Below, piece by piece: positions 1 through 9,488 of a DNA stretch of 64,000 nucleotides. Within the stretch, counting starts at the first letter, position 1; each line of letters opens with the position of its first letter. The notes under the pieces are model-generated. The model was not told the DNA's origin and did not search any database. It saw only the letters and a program-made list of their open reading frames with translations. Both the position numbers and the translations under genes were made by a program. The stretch comes from an uncultured Actinomycetes bacterium (lineage in GTDB: Bacteria > Actinomycetota > Acidimicrobiia > Spongiisociales > DATADW01): positions 305,318-369,317 of the forward strand of contig CAWACT010000010.1 of assembly GCA_963780745.1 (NCBI GenBank), given 5' to 3'.

Positions 1-2490
<2,490 letters not shown>

Positions 2491-2610
2491 CTCCTGAGAG
2501 CAGTCCGGCCGGAGACAGCAACATGACAGCATAGCAACGCTACGCCGTCATCAGAACGTAACCTGATCAGCTCGCCCCGTATTCCTGCCGAGCGGCTTAC
2601 TTGAGCGCGA

Positions 2611-2640
2611 ATCCTATATCAGTGGAACTGACGGGGTCAA
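2611..2640 (-). promoter_or_regulatory. Candidate sigma-70-type promoter for rpoB
   Basis: Reverse strand reads TTGACC (2640..2635), 18 nt spacer, TAGGAT (2616..2611), about 120 nt upstream of the rpoB ATG. Sequence match only. Confidence 0.3.
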
Positions 2641-2651
2641 GGGGGCAAACC

Positions 2652-2686
2652 AAGACGGAAGGCGGAAGACGGAAGACGGAAGACGG
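2652..2686. repeat. Heptanucleotide tandem array, AAGACGG x5 (one AAGGCGG variant)
   Basis: Read directly: aagacgg aaggcgg aagacgg aagacgg aagacgg. It is intergenic and lies immediately upstream of the putative rpoB -35 box. The same unit recurs at 5335, 17286, 17499 and 57131. Confidence 0.9.
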
Positions 2687-2701
2687 CGGCGGGCCAGCGA
2701 A

Positions 2702-2744
2702 CTTGCGTGGCTGAGTTGTCGGTCCGACTCGCCAGTCACGCAAG
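2702..2744. other. Hairpin with conserved arms (CTTGCGTG, 27 nt loop, CACGCAAG), copy 1 of 2
   Basis: 8 bp perfect inverted repeat. The flanks CGAA-CTTGCGTG and CACGCAAG-AA are identical to the element at 6393..6431, but the loop differs. It starts about 18 nt after the stop of the reverse-strand gene ending at 2762. Confidence 0.6.
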
Positions 2745-2761
2745 AAAGGGTGGGACGCTGA

Positions 2762-3176
2762 CTACCAGGAGCGGAGCGAATTCGGCGCCACCCTGATGGC
2801 GACGCGGTAGGCGGTTGCGAACGCTTCGACCGTCGTCGCCAGTTCGCCCTCGATCAACGAGCGGTACTTCTCTACGTATCGCTGGTTCCTCGCCGGGTCG
2901 TCATCGTCCGGGCTGAGCCGCGCCTCTCCGGCGAACACTGCCACTCCCCCGTCACCGATCGAGTTCAGGTTCAGGGAGACGACCGGGTTGTTGGACATGT
3001 TGCGCAGCTTTGCCTTCCCCGGCTCGCTGTAGATGAGGAACTCGCCACCGTCCCAGAGGAACCAGACCAGCGATGCCTGAGGGGTGGCATCCGACCGAAC
3101 CGTGGTCAGCCAGACGACGAGCTCATCTTCAAGCCTCCGAGCCAGACCGTCCGAGATCTCGATCGGCGCCGGTCAT
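2762..3176 (-). pseudogene. PPOX-class (pyridoxamine 5'-phosphate oxidase-like) probable F420-dependent enzyme; frame broken right after the start codon
   Basis: ATG 3176 has GGGAGGG upstream but reaches a stop after 15 codons. The +1 frame reads PAPIEISDGLARRLEDELVVWLTTVRSDATPQASLVWFLWDGGEFLIYSEPGKAKLRNMSNNPVVSLNL...YRVAIRVAPNSLRSW, typical of the Rv1155/Rv3369-like PPOX family. The track shows only the distal ORF 2762..2998. Confidence 0.7.
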
Positions 3177-3251
3177 GTTCACCCTCCCTGTCGGTCTGCG
3201 CACGCTAAGAGCAAAACGTCACGCTACGTTCCGCTTCCCCGAAAAGGAGCA

Positions 3252-4031
3252 GTGTTGAGCGACCGCATCCGCATCGCCATCCAGTTCCACCCCCAGCACG
3301 GCGCTTGGAGCGACCTGCGGGCGGCGGTGGTGAGAGCCGAGGAGCTCGGCGTCGATATCGTCTACAACTGGGACCACTTCTCACCGCTGAGCGGTCCGCC
3401 TGACGGTGAGCACTTCGAGTGCTGGACCATGCTCGGGGCCTTCGCCGAAATAACCGAGCGGGTCGAGATCGGCGCCCTCGTCACCTGCAACAGCTACCGA
3501 AACCCCGACCTGCTCGCCGACATGGCCCGGACCGTCGACCACATGTCCCAAGGGCGGCTCATCCTCGGGATCGGTGCCGGGTGGTTCGACCGGGACTATG
3601 AGGAGTACGGATACGAGTTCGGCACCGCCGGGTCGCGGCTGGCGGCGCTCGCCGAGGCGCTCCCCCGCATCAAGGCCCGCTGGAAGAAGCTCAACCCGCC
3701 GCCCACCCGGCAGATCCCGATCCTCATCGGCGGTGGTGGCGAGAGGAAGACGCTGCGGATCACGGCGGAGCATGCCCAGGTCTGGCACGGGTTCGGCGAC
3801 GCCAACCAACTCCGACACAAGAACGGAGTGCTCGACCGCTGGTGCTCGGAGATCGGACGTGATCCCAAGGAGATCGAGCGCTCGATTGGTGCCAATCTGC
3901 GCGACCCGAGCGCTGGAGACGACCTGGTCGCCGCCGGCGCCCAGCAGATCACCCTCGGGGTCGACGGACGCACGAAGTGGGACGTGAGCCCGGCGGTCGA
4001 CTGGCTCGCCTGGCGCGACAGCCGGGGATAG
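3252..4031 (+). CDS. LLM-class (luciferase-like) F420-dependent oxidoreductase
   Basis: GTG 3252 or TTG 3255 follows AAAGGAG. Reads LSDRIRIAIQFHPQHGAWSDLRAAVVRAEELGVDIVYNWDHF...GRLILGIGAGWFDRDYEEYGYEF. The upstream part of track ORF 3084..4031 overlaps the reverse-strand PPOX gene and is not coding. Confidence 0.8.
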   Translation: MLSDRIRIAIQFHPQHGAWSDLRAAVVRAEELGVDIVYNWDHFSPLSGPPDGEHFECWTMLGAFAEITERVEIGALVTCNSYRNPDLLADMARTVDHMSQGRLILGIGAGWFDRDYEEYGYEFGTAGSRLAALAEALPRIKARWKKLNPPPTRQIPILIGGGGERKTLRITAEHAQVWHGFGDANQLRHKNGVLDRWCSEIGRDPKEIERSIGANLRDPSAGDDLVAAGAQQITLGVDGRTKWDVSPAVDWLAWRDSRG

Positions 4032-4094
4032 CCACCCTCCGTTCTGTGGGCCCGAAGCGCGCCACAGCAGCTTGTCGAACCCTGGGTTGGCGGC

Positions 4095-5132
4095 CTACTC
4101 CTGGCGAGCGCGGCGCTGGGCTTCCCGGGATTCCTCGAGGATCGACTCAAAGAGTGCGATGGTGTGGTCGGGGTCGAGCCCATGGTGCTCAGCCTCGGTG
4201 CGGATGATTTCGAGCAACTCAGCCTCTCGAGACGGGGCGTAGACAGGTATCCGTCGTGCTGCCTTGACCCTCCCGATGGCGAGAGCCAGTCGGCGGCGCT
4301 CGGCGAGAAGCCGGACGATGTCGCGGTCAACCATGTCCACCTCGCGCCGCATCCGGCCGACCCCGAGGACGTCCATCAGAGCGCGGAAGCCCGAGGCGTC
4401 GAGTTGTGAGGGGCCGCCGCTGCGAGCTTGGTCCGGGTGGGCGTGGACCTCGACGATGAGCCCGTCTGCTCCCACTCCCTGGGCAGCGAGCGCCAACGGC
4501 GGCACCCGGCTGGTACCGCCGGCGGGACCACTCGGGTCGACCAGCACGGGTAGGTGGCTGCGCTCCTTGACCATTGGGATGGCGCCGATGTCGAGGGTCA
4601 CGCCATGGTCGCCGAAGGTGCGGATGCCCCGCTCGACCAACACGACTTGGTCGTTGCCGCCGTCCAGGACGTACTCCGCCGCCCACAGCCACTCATCGAT
4701 CGTTGCCGAAGGGCCCCTGCGGAGCAGGACCGGCTTGCCCGACGACCCCACGGCGCGGAGCAGCTCGAAATCCTGCATGTTCCCCGCCCCGACCTCGAGC
4801 ATGTCAACCCGGTCGGACACCGCTTCGACATCACCTGGCGCCGCAACCTGGGTCACCACCGGGAGCCCCACTTCCTTGGCGGCGGCCGCAAGCATGTCGA
4901 GCCCTGCCATCCCGAGCCCGGCGAAACCGTAAGTGCTCCCGGTCACGGTCCCCCCACGCAACACGGCGCCTCCCCCTTCAGCCACGGCGCGGGCAGCCGC
5001 CATCACTTGGTCGGGATCCTCGACCGAGCTGGGGCCGGCGATGACGGGGAAGGGATCGCGCCCGAACCTCACCGGGCCAACCGTCACCACCGTTGGCGGA
5101 CTCGATCCATTCCGCTCCGCTTTGCGCTCCAT
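4095..5132 (-). CDS. DAHP-synthase-like (type I-beta) domain with degenerate active site, fused to a C-terminal AroQ chorismate mutase
   Basis: 345 aa ORF. The N-terminal 260 aa are colinear with Thermotoga-type DAHPS, but the motifs read AGPSSVE (Cys lost), RGGTVTGSTYGFAG (KPRTSP lost), DPSG (His lost) and ARSGG (Asp lost). The C-terminal 85 aa, RREVDMVDRDIVRLLAERRRLALAIGRVK...SREAELL...ESREAQ, keep the AroQ signature residues. Confidence 0.8.
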   Translation of the reverse strand: MERKAERNGSSPPTVVTVGPVRFGRDPFPVIAGPSSVEDPDQVMAAARAVAEGGGAVLRGGTVTGSTYGFAGLGMAGLDMLAAAAKEVGLPVVTQVAAPGDVEAVSDRVDMLEVGAGNMQDFELLRAVGSSGKPVLLRRGPSATIDEWLWAAEYVLDGGNDQVVLVERGIRTFGDHGVTLDIGAIPMVKERSHLPVLVDPSGPAGGTSRVPPLALAAQGVGADGLIVEVHAHPDQARSGGPSQLDASGFRALMDVLGVGRMRREVDMVDRDIVRLLAERRRLALAIGRVKAARRIPVYAPSREAELLEIIRTEAEHHGLDPDHTIALFESILEESREAQRRARQE

Positions 5133-5135
5133 CCT

Positions 5136-5200
5136 CAGGCTCCTGCTCGTTCAAAGCCTGGGCTCCGGGAAATGAAAGACCCGGAGCCTTCGGCTCCGGG
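5136..5200 (-). promoter_or_regulatory. Structured 5' leader of the DAHPS-like/CM gene with mutually exclusive hairpins
   Basis: GGCTCCGG (5161-5168), CCGGAGCC (5181-5188) and GGCTCCGG (5193-5200): the middle segment can pair with either neighbour. A further stem CAGGCT/AGCCTG (5136-5141/5155-5160) encloses the AGGAG Shine-Dalgarno complement just before ATG 5132. Confidence 0.35.
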
Positions 5201-5334
5201 TACTCGGGTTCTGGCTGTGCAGATGGCTCTGTCTAGCGCGCTCCCTCGGCCCGGGCCTCAGGCCCGGTAAAGGCGAAGGTGGCATAGCCGTAGAGCTTGT
5301 CCATCGGTACGTGAAGCGTATCAGAGGAACACCG

Positions 5335-5359
5335 CAGACGGAAGACGGAAGACGGAAGT
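5335..5359. repeat. Heptanucleotide tandem array, (C/A)AGACGG x3 plus a partial unit
   Basis: cagacgg aagacgg aagacgg aagt..., located in the lgt / DAHPS-like spacer. Confidence 0.85.
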
Positions 5360-5406
5360 ATGAGTGCTTCGTCACCGTTGGGGTTTACTCGCCCAGGGCG
5401 AAGTGG

Positions 5407-6303
5407 CTACTCCGGGGGGAGGTCTAGGGGTTCGTCGACTGCCGGTGGCGTGATGGTCTTCTCGGGGCGGCGCCCAAGCCACCAAATGAGGACGGCAGCG
5501 CCCATGGCGGCCACCAGCCCGGACACCTGGTTCCATGTAAATGGGCCAACGGTGGCGTCGCCCGAGCCGTACCGCACCGAGTCGATGAGGAAGCGCTGCA
5601 GCCCGTACCACCCCACCCAGAAGGCGAATAGCTGGCCGGGACGGCGGTTGACCCACACCTGGCGCAACAGGAGGAGCACGGCGAACAGCAGGGCGGCACC
5701 GAGCATGTCGTAGAGAGCGGCGTGGTGGTAGACGGCAGGCAGCCCGGTGGTGGTGTCGGTACACAGAGTTCCGACCGAACCGGTGCACTCCAGTGCGTCG
5801 TGCTGCGGAGCCAAGTCGTAACCGGCTTTGACCGCGAATCCGAGGAAGAAGTCGGTGCGGCTCCCCAGGTGTTCGACGATGGCGAGGTCGCCGATCCGGC
5901 CGATCACCGTCCCCAAGGCGAGACCGGTGGTCGAGGAATCGAGCATCGGCAGGACGGGAAGACCCAGCATCCGCATCCTCCAACCACCAGCCAGGATCCC
6001 CCCGGCGAAGCCGCCGAGGATGGAGAAGTTGCCGGTCAGGCTGAAGAGCGACCAGCTGAACCCCTCGTCGATTATCTCCGCCGGGATCGTGAGCAGCCTG
6101 GCGCCGAGCAACGCGCCGATCAGCCCCCAGGTGAGCGCCGACTGGTACCCGGCGCTGTCGAGCCCGCGGCGGCGAACGTCTCGGGTTGCGATCCATGCAC
6201 CCGCCAGGAACCCGAGGGCGGCGAAGACACCGTGCAGCGATAGCCGAAGTGGACCGACTTCGACAAGGGGTACCGGCGGATAGCTGATCAAGGCGAGGAG
6301 CAC
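5407..6303 (-). CDS. lgt: Prolipoprotein diacylglyceryl transferase
   Basis: 298 aa polytopic ORF: LSLHGVFAALGFLAGAWIATR...GRIGDLAIVEHLG...LYDMLGAALLF, colinear with Lgt. GTG start. Confidence 0.85.
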   Translation of the reverse strand: MLLALISYPPVPLVEVGPLRLSLHGVFAALGFLAGAWIATRDVRRRGLDSAGYQSALTWGLIGALLGARLLTIPAEIIDEGFSWSLFSLTGNFSILGGFAGGILAGGWRMRMLGLPVLPMLDSSTTGLALGTVIGRIGDLAIVEHLGSRTDFFLGFAVKAGYDLAPQHDALECTGSVGTLCTDTTTGLPAVYHHAALYDMLGAALLFAVLLLLRQVWVNRRPGQLFAFWVGWYGLQRFLIDSVRYGSGDATVGPFTWNQVSGLVAAMGAAVLIWWLGRRPEKTITPPAVDEPLDLPPE

Positions 6304-6392
6304 GGAGCGATTGTACGGGTACCGGTACTACCGCTCGCCGTCGACACCGACGATCCATGGCATTCCGAGGTGGACCGCACCGCTGTTTCGAA

Positions 6393-6431
6393 CTTGCGTG
6401 ACAGAACGATCCGGTACACCAGCCACGCAAG
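6393..6431. other. Hairpin with conserved arms (CTTGCGTG, 23 nt loop, CACGCAAG), copy 2 of 2
   Basis: Same arms and immediate flanks as 2702..2744. Located in the ctaB / lgt spacer. Confidence 0.6.
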
Positions 6432-6509
6432 AATCGCGACGTCGTCCGGGACCGCCGCCGACGCCATCTCCCTCCGACCGGAACGGGGACCGCTTTGAGA
6501 ACGAGCCCC

Positions 6510-7475
6510 CTAGACCACCACGTCGAGCCAGATCGCTCCAAAGAGCGCAGCCAGATAGATGGTCGAGACGCGGAATAGGACCATCGCCCGTTCGTGGTGC
6601 CGGGACATGCGGAATGCCTCGATGAGGAACCACGCTCCGAGACCGATGGCGGCGACGAGGTAGACCCATCCCATTCCAGCCGCCGGGACGAGCATCAGGC
6701 TCACCAGGACCATCACCCCCGAGTAGACGAGGATCTGCCGCGCCGTCCGTTGCACCCCGACCACAACCGGGAGCATCGGTATCGAAGCCCGGGCGTAATC
6801 GCCTTGGTACCGCACAGCCAGCGCCCAGAAGTGGGGAGGTGTCCAGTAGAAGACGATGGCGAAGAGGATCCAAGCGGGGAGTGCCACCCCACCCGTGACC
6901 GCCGCCCACCCGACCAGTGTGGGGGCGGCGCCAGCCGCTCCGCCGATCACGATGTTGTGCGTCGTGGTCCGCTTCAACGCCAACGTATAGACGAAGACGT
7001 AGAACAGCAGGGCGGCTCCGGAGATGAGCGCAGCCATCAGGTTGACCAGCAGCCAGAGCCAGACGAAGCCGGCGACTCCAAGCGCTGCGCCGAACACCAA
7101 GGCGGCGCGCGGCTCCACCCGGTGACGGGGCAGAGGCCGCCGGGAGGTGCGGCCCATGACCTCGTCGATGTCCCTATCGGCCCAGGAGTTGAGGGTGTTG
7201 GCCCCAGCCGCCGAGAGGGTCCCGCCGATGAGCGTGGCCACCACCAGCCAGGTGCCTGGCCACCCCCCTGCGGCGAGCACCATGGCCGGCACCGTGGTGA
7301 CGAGGAGCAGCTCGATGATCCGCGGCTTGGTGAGTGCCACGTACGACTTGACTCGATCGAGCGCGCCCGATCGGGCGACAGCGGGGTCGCTCACCACGAT
7401 GCGCCTGGGCAGATCGGGTGGGGCGGCCATAGTCGCCAGCGTACCGGCCGGGTCACTGTCGACTGCTGCGACCAA
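6510..7475 (-). CDS. ctaB: Protoheme IX farnesyltransferase (heme O synthase)
   Basis: 321 aa: YVALTKPRIIELLLVTTVPAM...NSWADRDIDEVMGRTSRRPLP...WTPPHFWALA. The true start may be internal (MAAPPDL). Confidence 0.9.
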   Translation of the reverse strand: MVAAVDSDPAGTLATMAAPPDLPRRIVVSDPAVARSGALDRVKSYVALTKPRIIELLLVTTVPAMVLAAGGWPGTWLVVATLIGGTLSAAGANTLNSWADRDIDEVMGRTSRRPLPRHRVEPRAALVFGAALGVAGFVWLWLLVNLMAALISGAALLFYVFVYTLALKRTTTHNIVIGGAAGAAPTLVGWAAVTGGVALPAWILFAIVFYWTPPHFWALAVRYQGDYARASIPMLPVVVGVQRTARQILVYSGVMVLVSLMLVPAAGMGWVYLVAAIGLGAWFLIEAFRMSRHHERAMVLFRVSTIYLAALFGAIWLDVVV

Positions 7476-7515
7476 CAGGGATGCCTACCCCGGAGCCCTC
7501 GGTACCCTGCCCAAC

Positions 7516-8376
7516 GTGCGCAGGTGGATCCTCACGATGGTGGTGCTCGCCCTCGCCGCCTGCTCGGCAGACAACGGCGCTGGCGGCTCTTCGTCCCCGG
7601 CATCCGAAACCGCACCACTGGTGATCGTGGCCAACGCCCCTGGAACGCTCGGCACCGGTCAACAGCGGATGGTCCTCGGGCTGGTGTCAAGAGACTCCTC
7701 TTCTTTGGCTTCGCCCGACCTCGCCGTCACCTTCCACCTCAGTGACGCCGAGGGCACCGGTGTGGGCGAGGTCGACGGCGTGTTCCAATGGACCATCCCG
7801 GATGTCCGCGGCGTCTACACGATCCGGCACGAATTCGCCGACCCGGGGGTGTACGGGATTCAGGCGTTCCCTTCCGACGGTGAGCCCAGCGTCTCGGCGA
7901 ACTTCACGGTAAGCGACGACCCGGTTGTCCCCGAGGTCGGCGATCCGGCAATTGCCGCTCCGAGCCCCACCGGCGACCAAGCCGCCCTCGAGACCATCAC
8001 CACTGACCCGAACCCCGACCCATCCTTCTACGAGGTCTCGCTCGACGACGCCATCGAGTCCGGCCGGCCGACGGTTGTTGTCTTCGCCACGCCGGCGTTC
8101 TGCCAGTCTCAGACGTGCGGTCCGATGCTCGACCAGGTCAAGGCCGCCGCACCCGAGCATCCAGACACCACCTTCATCCATGTCGAGGTGTACGAGGACT
8201 TCCAGGGTGCCACCAGCGCCGAGGAGCTCACGCCGGCGCCTGCCGCAGTCGCCTGGGGGCTCCCCAGCGAGCCCTGGCTCTACTTCATCGACAGCGACGG
8301 GATCGTCACCGCGCGGTACGAGGGAACGGTGAGCCCTGAAGAGCTCACGGAGGGTTTCGGAACCCTCGATGCCTGA
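7516..8376 (+). CDS. Thioredoxin-fold lipoprotein, probably oxidase-biogenesis associated
   Basis: GTG 7516. Signal peptide plus lipobox RRWILTMVVLALAACS; C-terminal VVVFATPAFCQSQTCGP thioredoxin-like motif. Sits between ctaB and ctaC. The upstream part of track ORF 7147.. is antisense to ctaB. Confidence 0.65.
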   Translation: MRRWILTMVVLALAACSADNGAGGSSSPASETAPLVIVANAPGTLGTGQQRMVLGLVSRDSSSLASPDLAVTFHLSDAEGTGVGEVDGVFQWTIPDVRGVYTIRHEFADPGVYGIQAFPSDGEPSVSANFTVSDDPVVPEVGDPAIAAPSPTGDQAALETITTDPNPDPSFYEVSLDDAIESGRPTVVVFATPAFCQSQTCGPMLDQVKAAAPEHPDTTFIHVEVYEDFQGATSAEELTPAPAAVAWGLPSEPWLYFIDSDGIVTARYEGTVSPEELTEGFGTLDA

Positions 8377-8444
8377 CCTGGGGGCGGGCCGCAATCCTGC
8401 TTTCACCAGGGCGGTCCAACCTCGTAACATCGCCCCTGGTCACC

Positions 8445-9488
8445 GTGGTCAGGAAGCAGCGCGACGTGCCACAGCAGCCGAGGCGAAGCCGATTCCCAGC
8501 CCTCGCCGTAGCCGCCGTCCTCCTCAGCGCCTGCATCCAGGACAGCCCGCTCGACTCGCTCGACCCCCAGGGGCCCTTCGCCCAGACGATCGACGACCTG
8601 TTCTGGGTCACCTTCTGGATCGCGACCGGGATCTTCGTGCTCGTCCAGGGTGGGATCCTCTTGGCTGTCTTCTTGTTCCGCGAGAAACCCGATAGCAAGG
8701 AGCCACGCCAGATCCACGGCAACACCCGGCTCGAGGTGGCATGGACTGTCATACCGGCGCTGATCCTCGCCGGGATCGCGGTGCCGACGGTCCGCACCGT
8801 CTTCGATCTGACCGAGTGCGGCGCGGGCGCCATGCCCATCGAGGTGATCGGCCACCAATGGTGGTTCGAGTACCGCTACCCCGAGAGCGGTGTGATCAGC
8901 GCCAATGTGCTGGTCATCCCCGCCGGGCAGGAGGTCTGCCTCACCATGACCTCCGATGACGTGATCCACAACTACTGGATTCCCAAGCTCAACGGGAAGC
9001 GGTACTTGGTCCCCGGCGAGGAGACCTTCCTTCGGCTCCAGGCTGACGAACCGGGCGAGTACTGGGGGCAGTGCGGCGAGTTCTGCGGTCTGTCCCACGC
9101 CATGATGCGTGCCAGGGTCGAGGCACTCACTCCCGAGGAGTTCGAGGTGTGGAGCGCCGCCCAGCTCGAGCCGGCGCTCGAGCCCGAGGAAGGCTCACCG
9201 GCGGCAAGGGGCAGGGAGGTGTTCCTCGGGCAGGCATGTATCGGCTGCCACAACATCTCGGGGGTCAACCCGCTCGACACCGCAACCGTCGAGATCTACG
9301 GGCCCGACCTGACCCACTACGCCAGCCGCAACGTGTTCGCCGGCGCCACCCTCGACAACACGCCCGAGAACCTGGCGGTCTGGCTGGCCAACCCACCCGC
9401 GGTGAAACCCGGCTCGTACATGCCGAACCTCGGATTGTCGCAAGGTGACATCGACGACCTCATCGCCTATCTGGAGAGCCTGCGGTGA
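8445..9488 (+). CDS. ctaC: Cytochrome c oxidase subunit II with fused C-terminal cytochrome c domain (caa3 type)
   Basis: CuA motif HNYWIPKLNGK...GQCGEFCGLSHAMM, and heme c motif CIGCHNISG in the C-terminal domain. Confidence 0.93.
   Translation: MVRKQRDVPQQPRRSRFPALAVAAVLLSACIQDSPLDSLDPQGPFAQTIDDLFWVTFWIATGIFVLVQGGILLAVFLFREKPDSKEPRQIHGNTRLEVAWTVIPALILAGIAVPTVRTVFDLTECGAGAMPIEVIGHQWWFEYRYPESGVISANVLVIPAGQEVCLTMTSDDVIHNYWIPKLNGKRYLVPGEETFLRLQADEPGEYWGQCGEFCGLSHAMMRARVEALTPEEFEVWSAAQLEPALEPEEGSPAARGREVFLGQACIGCHNISGVNPLDTATVEIYGPDLTHYASRNVFAGATLDNTPENLAVWLANPPAVKPGSYMPNLGLSQGDIDDLIAYLESLR

Noticed and set aside
2652-2686. Heptamer arrays (here and at 5335, 17286, 17499, 25910, 29389, 29433, 57131) considered as CRISPR arrays
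   Set aside because: The units are 7 bp and contiguous with no spacers, the arrays are only 20-40 bp long, and no cas genes are present.
5372-6541. 389-aa Arg/Pro-rich reverse-strand ORF overlapping lgt
   Set aside because: It is an alternative frame of the lgt region. Its composition is typical of off-frame translation in high-GC DNA, whereas the lgt frame gives a coherent polytopic membrane protein.
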